A stretch of DNA of 64,000 nucleotides, from NCBI GenBank assembly GCA_964106645.2, contig OZ067044.1; one strand, written 5' to 3'. The position numbers and the translations under genes are program-made. The notes under the pieces were generated by a model. That model had not been told where the DNA came from. It made no database searches and was given only the letters and a program-made list of their open reading frames with translations. The DNA comes from Podarcis pityusensis (lineage: Eukaryota). Numbering within the stretch: position 1 is the first letter of the stretch; every line of letters starts with the position of its first letter. This document shows, piece by piece, positions 1 through 11,765 of this stretch.

Positions 1-337
1 CTAGTGTGACTTCACTGGATTCTGATATATGACACTCTGCAATGAGATCAATCAAACCTTGCGTCCACTGACAAAAGGTGCTTTTTTCCTTAGTAAAGCT
101 ATCCTATATCTCTATAATAATTTTCACCCTCCCCACCACTCTGTCACACAAACTCTCTGTTGTCTGCAGCTTGTGATACGACAAAAATGGGTGCTACTTC
201 TGCTCTTTTCTGCAAATGGAAGCTTACGATGTTGTTAAGTAAAAACACATCTCTAAAAGAAAAAACATGGAAACATGGAAACTTTCACCTAAAAGGGGGG
301 GGGGAGAATCCCCTTTGATGATACCTTCTTTTCCAAA

Positions 338-395
338 TAGGTAGGTAGGTAGGTAGGTAGGTAGGTAAATAAATAGATAGATGATAGATAGATAG
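338..395 (+). repeat. Compound microsatellite (TAGG)n/(TAGA)n
   Basis: Direct reading. Confidence 0.95.
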
Positions 396-1461
396 AAAAT
401 TTGGTTAAAAATCCCAAGATCCTAGGTGCTTTTTTCTTTTCTTTTTAAGGAACCGAAATACATACTTGGGAAATGGGTCAGGCACTATTCTTAAAGATGC
501 TGCATTTATGTTGTTGTTTTTTGCATTTGGGATTTAGGAGTGTTTGGCTAAAACAATCACTGTGATATGATGCAATATGTTATAAATGGCTTGCATATCA
601 GGTATAGAATACAGAAACATTTTAGAACTGGTATTTATGAAAAACGTATGGTCTAGGGGGAAATGCATATGGGTTGTTGTTGTTTTACTAATCACAAATA
701 TTTCCTTGTTGTATCTATGCAACAATGTAATCCACACACACATACAAAAGGGAAGGGGGCAGAACTGAAATTGGTGTCCTAGACTAACAAAGATCCCATT
801 CTACCTACACCACATGGCTGTCATCCTCCAGATCAGTCACAGGAGGTGATTTAACATAGGAGGGAGGGTTTTGTGCCCCTGTACAACTCAACTGGAAGAA
901 AACGGAGTGAATTAGGGTGAAAATCTTAACTGCACACAACATATTACACAACAAGGCTCATTTGGGAGTGTGTCATGAGGCTTGCTAAACTGAAAACAAA
1001 ACACACCGAACTATGGGAATAAATAGCATCATATTAGATGTTTGCTGTAGGGCATTAGCTTACAGGAAATATATCCAGAAAGCATTTCTCATTAATTTAT
1101 AAGGAACCTGTGTGTGGCTTCATTTTATACAAACAAAGAGGTATTTTGAGAAAATGAGTTGAATGGATTTGTGCATGACAAAACAGGTACTCTATATGTT
1201 CACATGTGAATGCACATGTGTTTTCTACATGATTTTTACCCTGTGCAGCAAAGAAACCCTTAACTCACAAATGAACCCACCTTTAGAATACCCCATCAAG
1301 CTGCCTGACAGGGCAAACGTATTCTCAGAAGCAACCCCCCCTTGAATTCAATGGCATTTACTCACAAGCAATGGCATTGTAAATGTGAGTTGAGCTCCAA
1401 ACTGAGCTTATGGTAAAGTACAGTAATTACTCCATTTCTTCACCAAGTCCCAAACTTAGTC

Positions 1462-1600
1462 CAAGGTGTGGGGAGCCTTTCTCCCTCCAGATGTTGCTGA
1501 ACTACAGCTCCCATCATCCCAAGCCATTGGTCATGCTTGCTAGGACTGGTAGGAGTTGTAGGTCAGCAACATCTGGAGGGAGAAAGGCTCCCCACACTTG
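1462..1600. mobile_element. Short palindromic hAT-like MITE
   Basis: About 40-bp near-perfect inverted arms GTGTGGGGAGCCTTTCTCCCTCCAGATGTTGCTGA / TCAGCAACATCTGGAGGGAGAAAGGCTCCCCACAC. Confidence 0.8.
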
Positions 1601-2414
1601 CTCAGTACAGATCAATCCAAATCAATCTAAGCTTATAAATTCACTGACATTTCTTTAAAGTTGCTACTTCAGGATATTAGGGGGTGCATTCAACATGGTG
1701 GTAAAAACAACATTACATCAGCACAAGGATTTTCATCATGCTAAACTTCATGTAAGATGTTCCTTAGATGAGTCTTCATCTTTCCTACCTGTATTATCTG
1801 CAGTCTATGGTATGGGCTGTCTGGAGTGTAAGGGGAGGGATAGTACCACTGGTGGGGGATACGTCGTGTTCTTTTTGGGGTACTTTGTCTACCTTTGGTC
1901 CCCACCCTGCACTCCACTCTCACCTGTGGCTCCTAGAAGCTGTCAGCATGTGACAGTGCTCTGCTTTCTTTTGGAACACATAAGCAAGGCTAAGAGGGGG
2001 GACTTGCCGTCTGGGCAGCTCATAACCTCCATATATACTGCCCAGGCCTGTGCACCAGAGCAGTCACTTCAGTGCTGCTAACACAGCCAAAACAATACAG
2101 GAGGCAGCAGTTACGAGTTCCTGGTCTCTGTTCTGTAATTCTCCAGCAGTTTGACTTCACCTCCAGAAGCACACTCCATTGCCTCTCAAGACAGAAGGAT
2201 GCCAACAACAGTGGCATGTATTTCATACCTGACCATAGCACAGCTACACTATATCTGGTGACCAAGGAAGTTGTTGCATAGCAGCATCAACAACATATAC
2301 TGTGCTGAGATCAAAATCCCAATATGGTGGGCGAGTCATGAGGACGTGCCCAGCACAGCACTCATTGTACTTCAAGGTGAGCACTGCAACTAAGATCAGG
2401 CTTTCAGTCTATAT

Positions 2415-2940
2415 TAGGGATGGATCATAGAATTGCAGAATTATAGAGTGGGAAGGAAACACTAGGGTCATCTAGTTCAATCTCCTGCAATGCAAGAATC
2501 TTTTGCCCAACATGGGATTTGAACCCACGAGCCTGAGATTAGAGTCTAATGCTCTACCAACTGAGCTATCATCTACCCTTTAAAATGAATCTGCTCATTT
2601 CAGTGTCTACCAGTTCAATTTGCCACATTTCTGTATCACTCTGCAATTAAAAAAAAAAATCCTCACAAAAATGTGTGTTTTAGTACAGCTTCTCCTAATA
2701 TACACAGATTGGTAATGTGGTTAAACAAATTTCCCAGAAATTCCTCTAATGTTCATAACACTAATATGTGCATGCTTATGCAGACTTTAATATGAACAGT
2801 TTTGTACTCATTTATAGTGGGAGAAAGGCATTGTGAAATTCATGCAATTTCAAAGGATAGTTGTATTTTGGTTTACATATTTTGGAGAAATTGGATTCGA
2901 ATTAAAATGTGAACCAAACCAAATTTATCCCCCATCCCTA
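2415..2940. mobile_element. hAT-like non-autonomous element with a nested SINE
   Basis: TIR TAGGGATGG...CCATCCCTA; flanks GTCTATAT / GCTATAT resemble a decayed 8-bp TSD. Confidence 0.6.
2425..2570 (-). mobile_element. SINE with tRNA(Lys)-like head and CR1-type 3' tail
   Basis: Minus strand GATAGCTCAGTTGGTAGAGCATTAGACTCTAATCTCAGGCTCGTGGGTTCAAATCCCATGTTGGGCA, then ...ACTAGATGACCC...ATTCTATGA CR1 terminus. Confidence 0.8.
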
Positions 2941-4081
2941 GCTATATGCACAAGTGTAACGTTTATCACCCTGTTCAGTATTATTGAATTTTCAAGCTAG
3001 CTTGAATCTCCATTTTACTCTTCACCCTTACCATTGTCTCTGAGCACTTATCACTGAAGAACATGCCTGTTTTGACACAGAAATATCCAAAGGTATAACT
3101 GATGTAAAAACACCAGTGCAATGTTTTACAGCCTGAAACTTCTTTTACAATCCATATACAATGTCAAATGTGTCAGGTCAGTGATACTTTTAAATGGATA
3201 TTTGACAGGATGTTTTAAAACCATTATGATGTTTCGTGTTAATCTAGGAAGGTCTGGAGAGCAAAGTTGTTCTAATATTAACAACTCTAATGACTGTATA
3301 ATAATTTAGATGGTTCCTTTAGACATTCAAGAGCATTTATATTCATGGCTTTACTTTTATTTTACCATTCATAATGGAAGCAAGATTCTGATATGAGTTT
3401 TTGGAACCAAGGAGATGCCAAGTAGGTCTATATTGAGCTAATTCTCAATTCTACTCAGAAAAAATATTAAGTGTCTCTGCCTGCTGCATTCTAAAACTGA
3501 GCCTTTCCAAGATAGTCCTTTCTGTGTGCAGAAGACGACCAGACTTGTACTTCCAGTACTGGCATTGCTACATTGTCCACCATCACACCAAGGCTAGAAT
3601 TGCACCCTTGGCTCTGTCCTCCTCCGCCTAGCTGCTGCTTGCTCACCACTCAGCCTGGCTGATGCTCAAATAAATGTTTAAGTGCAACCTGTGTGATGCT
3701 TGTCCTGGCCTAGCTGCTTCTCTGCCTTCTTGCTTGGTGAGGATCTTTTCCTAACACTGCTGTCATGAGACAGGAGAAGGTCTGACAGATTTGCAGTCAA
3801 ATCTAACAATGCATATTCTTGTGAGTTAACATGTGAAGGGCTGAGACCACAGAGCCACATTGCTGATAGGCTGACCATATAAATGTAATTGGTTGAGAAA
3901 GCTCTGTGTGATGTCATTTCCCCTCTTCTCTTGGGCGGAAAGAATCAAAGAAATATTTCCTGCTCCTTCCCTCCCTCTCTCCCTCTCTTCATTAGCAATG
4001 TCAGCAGATGTATATTCAACTGCTCCAGGATCAGGCACATGCCCAAGGCTGTTTCCTTTATTTATTTATTCATTTATGTCA

Positions 4082-4416
4082 CTGTGGGTTAACCACAAAA
4101 CCTAGGGCTTGCCGATCAGAAGGTCAGTGGTTCGAATCCCCGCAACGGGGTGAGCTCCCATTGCTCAGTCCCAGCTCCTGCCAACCTAGCAGTTCGAAAG
4201 CACATCAAAGTGCAAGTAGATAAATAGGTACTGCTCCTACGGGAAGGTAAACAGCATTTCCGTGCGCTGTTCTGGTTTGCCAGAAGCGGCTTAGTCATGC
4301 TGGCCACATGACCCGGAAGCTGTACGCCAGCTCCCTCGGCCAATAAAGCGAGATGAGCGCCGCAACCCCAGAGTCGTCTGCGACTGGACCTAACGGTCGG
4401 GGGTCCCTTTACCTTT
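4082..4416 (+). mobile_element. Sauria SINE (slightly 5'-truncated)
   Basis: B box GGTTCGAATCCC, core CCAACCTAGCAGTTCGAAAGCA...GTAGATAAATAGGTAC...CATGCTGGCCACATGACCCGGAAG, ACCTTT tail; close match to the copy at 14606. Confidence 0.92.
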
Positions 4417-7261
4417 TTTATTTTACTGCTGAGAATGAATGCATGACTATGAGTAAGCAAATCATATTTTAAACTTACTTCTCAGTCTGTTGTCTGATTC
4501 TGTGTTAAGTGGAGTAAGAAAGAAAGCCAGCTTGCTTCGCAGCAGGACTTATTAAAAGAAGCCTTCATAGTCTATTCCTTTGCTTTCCACTTTTCTGCTA
4601 AGGATGGGACTTTGAACTCTGCTCGGCCATGTGCTTTAAATACAGTGGTAAGCTGACCTCTTTGTGTGTTCAGCGCACAAACATGGGTGCCTGGAGGGAT
4701 AAATTGCTATTAATATATCCTCTCCTACCTATTAATATCCATCTGGGACTTTTGTTTAATAGGAATGGCTGAATTGGGGGTTAGAGGAACAGCCTCCAGG
4801 ATCCCCTGTCCCACAGCATCTGAAGCCTGAAACAGTAGCTTCGCCTGAGATTGTGGCTTCACCCTGCTTAATGGTAATGCCAGACATTGACTTTTCTTTG
4901 ACTGTTAGTGTATTTCTACTTCCAAAGCCATATATTTGATTACAACGTGCATTCATTTACAGATCTTGTCTTGCAAAACAACCCCCACTAAACTCATGTG
5001 CTTATACTGACACAACATTTCCATTGCCTGCTTCAAGTATATATTGTATACAAAAACTCACACAACCATCAAATTGTTAGGATGGGATTCACCCAATAAA
5101 ATATATCAGTGGAAATTCTGTGCTAGGGCTTTTGCTTCTACATTGGGGCTTTCCCCCTCTCTCCTTCTCCTGTGCACCTCTGCAGCCCCAAAATTGGATC
5201 TGCGAGGGTCGGGAGCACCCCCAGAACAGCATGGGGAGAGGGTCATTTCATCTGGCAGGCTGATATGCTTGCACAGACAGAACATTTGCAACAGTAGGGT
5301 GTTGAATTCCACCCTGTATCTTTTAGTAACTACAAGGTTGCTTGTTGGTTTTGCTATAATATGTAACATGGTTAAGCTTCTAAACAAAATTCCATAGTCA
5401 CACCTCACTCACCTTCTCTGTGGAAATCTACCATGCCTCACATTAAAAGTGGCATAGTGAAAGAAAGCTTGGGGCATATCCAGCTAATATCTGCTAAATC
5501 TGAATCCCCAGATCCCAAACCTAAATTTCAATCCAGTCTCAAACGCACATCCTAATTCTAAATGTACTGTAAACAAGGTTTTAGAAATACTGATCTTTAA
5601 TTGCAGCCTAATTGTGTTAGTACATATGTTCTCCAATACCATCATACGCCATGGAAGGCCACTCATAACTTTAGCAGTCCATTCTTTTAAGGTGAAAGTG
5701 TTTATTTCCACACCACAATTAGGATTGAAGCATAAATGTACTTCACTGCATAATAACTGTGGGTGACAATCCCTTCAGCCCCCTTTTAACCAAAAGAACT
5801 TGTCAAACAGAGTAAAAGTGTGGAAGTCAGCAGCTAGTAGAGTTAGGCAACTGAGGCCTAAATTGTGCCTTCACCACTAGACTGGACTTCCTCTAATGAT
5901 ACATATTAATACCACAACAAAGAAGCCCCTTTAAGAATCATGAGGCCTGTTCATACACTGCATTTTTCTGTCCACAGAGACAGTCCCATTCTTCCCCCAG
6001 ATACTCAGAGAACTAGATATAATATATGGAGCAGGTGATCACAACACTGTGTTTTCGAGCCACTGAAACTGGCAGATTTGTTGCCATCTATATCCCTGAT
6101 TGTCTGACCCCCACATTATGTTGAACTGCATATCCAAGGAAGGTCAGGACTACCTGGGGAACAAATAAGGTATTGTGTGAGCCAGTCCTTAGGATGATGC
6201 AGAATAATTAAATCGCTCCCATATTGTACGAGAAAGATAAATATTCATAAAAATGTTGGTGTGCTAACACAGCACCAGTAATTCAGATGTATCTGTGTGG
6301 AATTAGTTTATAATACATTCCGTGCTCCCTTTCCCTTTCCTGCTTCCTCTTCCTTTTAAATCTTTTTAACTCCTCGCTTTTTACTGCTAATCATTTTTCC
6401 TCTTTGCTAATGATGCTAACCTTACAGCCTTCTGCAGGCTGACTTGTTTCATGTCACCCTTCAGTTTAGTTCTCTCTCCCTTCCACTTCACTCCTCTTCT
6501 TCACGTTGCCCACTTTTGTTAAGTCACAAAGCAAGATTCAGTCTATTGCATGCCAACTTCCCCCACTCTTATGCCACCCCACCCCGTCTTGAATATTATT
6601 TCAAAGGCATTTTCAAGTTTGATGGTATTCTGGCATAGCTGCTTCCATTATTTTCTTATCATCATCACATTGTATTTTCCTCCTCTCTCCCCCTACCTAC
6701 CTCCCTCTCTTCTGCATCCCAGTTTATATGTGCTCTAATAGCTCTCTTGAGTCCAAGAAAAGCTGCCCTACTGAGGTTGACACAGTTTAAAGGATGGACT
6801 TCCTGTACTAACATCTGTCCATCCTTAAGGAGCAGGTAGATAACAAAACGGGGGGGGGGGGGGACACCTCAGCAAAACAGAATAGGTTTTCCCCCTCAAA
6901 AGTGCTTGGGATACAGAAAATTCTCCTTCATGATAGCTTAAGATGCAGTGGACATGAATTGACTTTATCTGAAACAGAATCAGATAATCTTGCCCATGGT
7001 GATCTATTCTGATTTGATACGTAGTCCCAGGACAATGCCCTCTTCAGCCATTGCAATTTGTTGCCCTTTAGTTGGTCGTGATTGACCTTAAACATGCAGA
7101 GCACGTGCTCTAAGATATGTACTCCCACCTAACCTCAGAAGAAGAAAAATGATTCATTGGAACATTTATTATTAGTAAAAACAATTTAATTCACAGCAGA
7201 CAAATGTTCCCATATCATAACTTTCCAAATCCCAGTTTAGTCCACTTCTCAAGTATGAGGG

Positions 7262-7392
7262 TGCAGGACTAGCCAACATGGTGCCTTCCAAAAGCTGTGG
7301 GCCTACAACCACCATTACCCCGGATGCTGGCCATGCTAGCTGGGGCTGATGGGACTTGTAGCCTAATAACACCTGGAGAGAACCACATCAAC
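7262..7392. mobile_element. Short palindromic hAT-like MITE (decayed)
   Basis: TGGCCATGCTAGCTGGGGCTGATGGGACTTGTAG family motif; boundaries approximate. Confidence 0.55.
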
Positions 7393-8510
7393 TACTACTA
7401 CTCCAGCACATATTGGTGCTGGTTCACCACAACAAAATAATTGAAAACATCACATGTTAACTGGCCCCTATTTACCAATTTGATAAATAAGATGTATAAG
7501 AATTCCTGTGCTATGAGAAAATTCATCAGGATTCTTTACATTCTAGAGACAGTCCCTCAAAATCTGCTCTAGAGCAGGTTTGGGGAGTGGGGGTGCTGTA
7601 GAGGGAAGGAGTGGAAGGGGAAGTCCCATTGTATAAGCAGAATCCCATTTGCACAGGGTTGGAGCCAATCCTCTGTGTTTCCATCACCATGTGACTGTAC
7701 TAATGTGGGCCCTGTTTGGTTGTATAACCTGATTTTTTTGGGAAATGTAACTGTCTGGATACAGCTCCATATGGCAAGCTCTTCATGTGAACCAGCTTCC
7801 CATGTTGTTTCGATGATTTCAGCACCTCTCTCTCTTGCGGATTGTCCTGGCATGGTGAAAATTGCCAGAACTACACAGGAAGCTATTAAAATGAACTGTT
7901 TGCCAATGCAGAATACCTTCTATGTAATTGCATTTTTAAGTGGCTATCATGTCACCAGCTAAGTTTTGTGAATTGGGCCTTTGGGGAGCAGCTAAACATT
8001 AGCTGAGCAAACATGGCTCCTCAAACTTGCGTTTGCAAAGTAAGCTGGGAGGAAGGGGTGTCATGCTTAGCCCTCCTCGTCGTCATTCACCCCCCTTCAC
8101 CCCTTACATCCCTCTTGGCCAGGCTTACTTCCAGCCACTGAGCCTCACCAGGGAAACAATAGGCTAGGAAAGAGGAATTTCTGAAGGGCAAACGCACCTG
8201 GATGTGTACCCCATTCTGTACTAGCACTACAAAGCAAATGTGGGTTTGGGTTGCCTTCTAACGTTGCATCCCACCTTTAGAGGGTGCAATATGCTCTTGA
8301 ACTAGAAAAAGGCACATAATGTACACAGTTGTACCCTTTTTCTCACCCTTTCTTGGTTGCCAAAGGCACAGGCCTTCTTCAGTATGCATTAATTCACACG
8401 TGGCATCAGGAAGTTGCAAATTAAGATCAAGCACTTGAGGAACAACTTTTGATATTTGCAGCCATGTCCACACTAGCAAAATATGTTGTGTTGTTGCTGG
8501 GTGGGGTTTC

Positions 8511-8512
<2 letters not shown>

Positions 8513-8543
<31 letters not shown>
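8513..8543 (+). repeat. (TG)n microsatellite
   Basis: Direct reading. Confidence 0.95.
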
Positions 8544-8545
<2 letters not shown>

Positions 8546-11436
8546 AAAGAAAGCATTTGTTTTGAAGCCTGTAACATTTCCCTTTGGTGTGCCCTACACC
8601 TGATCCCCATTTATTTTAAATTTCCCTTCCCTGCGCATTTTACAGACATAAAATAATGAAATAACCCTGACATAGGGTTTTCTGCAAGGCTGCCTTCGGA
8701 AGTTTGCTTAAGTGGCCTTAAGTAAGGTAATAAGCAAGGAGTGTGAAAAGAGGCGACTTTGTCTTTTCACATTAGCGGCAGCCCTGCTCAAGTGGCAGCA
8801 TCTATGAAAATGCTGTTCAGCCTTTAATGAGACTACAGTGTGTTAGTGTACCGGTCTAATTAATCCCATATTTTCACACAGCATAATTACTGAGCCGGGG
8901 CTGAATTATTTGGCTACTGGAGGTGGAGCAGCGCCTGCACTCTCCTCTGTCTGTGCTCCTGACAATTTATTACACTACACAACTCGACGCCATTGAAACC
9001 TCCTAGTATAGAACTATCTGTCATCTCTTACATTATCAGTAAAATACACCACCTTCCATACTGTGCTACAAGGGTTTAGCAAATTGCTCTTTTTATGGGA
9101 TATGATCAAGGAAATGCTACCTTATGTTCAAATTTTTAACTGTCTGCTGCGTGGAATATACAGTCTGGCTTTATACGTGCACTTTCAGCAAAGGCTCATT
9201 TGCATAGCTAATTTCAGCATTTCTTTCCCAGCATCACTCCCCATATAGATCTATTCCTCAAACCAACATAAGGAAATAATGAAAAGGTGGTAGTGGCACG
9301 TTCTCGATGTGCAGGGCTATGTGCATGCATTATTGTGGGAATTATTATTATTACTATTATTATTCTTAAATAAATCCTGCCCTGGCCCACTGGTTCATCT
9401 TTATACTCTCAGAAATCCCTGTTATGATTTCCCTCTCCCAAATCTTTCCCCTCTTTTTTCCTTTTTAGTTTGTGTTTTTTACTGCAACGTATTTTTGCAC
9501 ATTATTACTCATTTCTGATATATGATCTTGCCATTTTGGCACTGGTAGAACCCTCCTTCCCACAGGAGTTCAGGGAGATTTGTGGTTTAAACATTTACTC
9601 ACTTGCTAGTGTTTCTGGACCTGGTTTAATGGTATCTTTTATTTTTTTTAATGGAAGGTCAAACACTACATTAACTGTTTTAAAATGTGTCTTTTCAACA
9701 GAAAAAAGGGAAAGGAAAAAGAAAAGAAAGTGTTATACTCAATACATTTTAAATCCAGCCATAACAGGACAAAAAGTATATTTTGATATATGTGCATGGT
9801 TTCTAAATACACCATGGTAGATATATGAACAGGGAGGCCAAGTGAGATCTTTAGACTAAAGAAAACCACATGCTTAATGGCACAAGGTAGAAAATTACTA
9901 CTGGTGCTTTTTAACCAAATAATAGCATAAATACTAAAGACCTGTCTTGAAATGTAGCATATTCAAAGAGCCAAAAAATGAATTTCATTAAATCTTTCTT
10001 GAGATGTCAATGGAGTATTGCATCTGACACTTTGAAGCTCTGCCATATGTGTAAATGGGAAACCAAAGAGCTTGTAATGCCCCTAAGATTAGAGATGCGG
10101 CCCTGGGTCTTTTATTAGTCATTTTGGGGGCAGCAGAAAGTAACTAAAGGTCAAAGGTTAAGCAAGGTTAAATGCTAACAAACTCCAGCTTGTCAGACTT
10201 GGCAAACCTGGCCCAGCTAGCAAGTTGCCAGGTGTCATCAATTCTCCAATATTGTATCTCAGGCTGAACTCTTCAGTTTGGGTGGGGGTAGGGGTGGGGA
10301 GGAACAGCATATGAAAGAGCAAGACAGAGATAGGTTTGTGCACAATGATAATTCATATGTGTAGAGAAGAATTTCTGAGCAGATATGCATACATTTATAT
10401 ATATTTTTATATATATGTCAAATTGCTCGTACTGCAGTCCTATCTGTTTCTACTTGGAGGGCAGCCCCACTAGGTTTAATGGGGCCCTGCCCCTTAGTAA
10501 GCATATTTAGGATTGTAGCCACAGCAACCCTCAAAAATATTTCCCTGGAAGTTGCACTAGGATTAATTAGCACTGTGCCTATAAAAGCAAATCCTGTGAA
10601 AGAAATTTCAAACCGGTGTTGGAAGAGAATGAAAACCAAAAAGCCTAACAATGCAGTGAGCACCACAAACGTCCAACATTTCCTAGAGTTTTTGCTTTTT
10701 TAAAAACAACAACAAAAAACCCCCTGCCCTGGGCATCTTCCAAGCAAGGCCTGTAACATTTCCCCTACTGGGGTAAATAGCAGTTTCATTTGTTTGTGAC
10801 TGTGAAATTTACATCCAGAAAATGATGGAGAAGGAAAACAACTAAGAAATGGCAACAGCAGCAGCAGCAACAACACCAACACTGTAGTTTTAATTTTGTA
10901 CTCACCCTTCACCATAAACTCTCAGGGCAGGTTACAGCTCCCAGGCCGTTGCCACCTCAGACTTCTAAGTGGACTGGATTCCCCTCAGCTGATCTTAACA
11001 CCTGAGAGTGATGGTAGGGAAGGAATCAGTCTCTCAGCTGTTTGGGGCCAAGCTGCTGAGTCCCTTCCTCTCTCAGCACTACAATCCTACTTTGCTCCCC
11101 CTAGTGGCTCCTTTGTGCAGATTAAGAGAGCCAATTACCTCAGAGCTCATCAGAAAAGGTACCCCCCCAATATTTTCAGTTCCTGGAACCCGCAGCAAAC
11201 ATTGCAGTGTGGGATGCTCCTGCTCCATGGTGCCCTAGGATTGCTTGTTTAAGGTTTGAGGCAGTAGATTTCACCTCTGGCATAAGTGGGTTAAGAGGAA
11301 GGAGGGTTAGCCTGATTACAAATGGGCCATGTGAGCTGTATGGGGGAAGTCAGTGCTCACTGCAGGCAAAGGTGTGTGATTGTGATGTATGCAAAAGGCA
11401 GGTGAGGGAGCCCAGCACATGAGCTATTGTTTTACA

Positions 11437-11765
11437 AAGGGGGTCGCCAACCCAGTGCCCATGGGCACCAGTGCACCTGCTATGACACCTGTGGAAGTTC
11501 TTGGGAAATATCCCCTCAACACCCCTCCAATGGCATACCCACACCATGCTGCATGCCTGCCTCTTTATTTGCTGCTCTTTTAGATGTGACAGCTGTTTTG
11601 TGATGCACCACACCCTCACAACAGCCATTTTGTATTATGAGTCTCTCCCCCCCCCCCCGCCATTTTGTATTACATCCTACAGCGGTCAGTTTGTGACTAG
11701 CACCTATGGTACTTCCTCAAAATTCCCGGTGTTCTCACTGGGGCCCAAAAGCTTAGTGTCCTCTG
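11437..11765. mobile_element. Decayed hAT/Charlie-like non-autonomous element
   Basis: GGGGTCGCCAAC left end and TTAGTGTCCTCTG right end resemble Charlie TIRs; boundaries approximate. Confidence 0.4.

Noticed and set aside
2505-2570. tRNA-Lys-like sequence as a real tRNA gene
   Set aside because: 5' acceptor stem missing, anticodon loop damaged, and fused to a CR1 tail; it is a SINE head.
8567-10764. 16-bp exact repeat GCCTGTAACATTTCCC at 8567 and 10749
   Set aside because: A single 16-mer match is roughly expected by chance in 64 kb, and the flanks do not extend.
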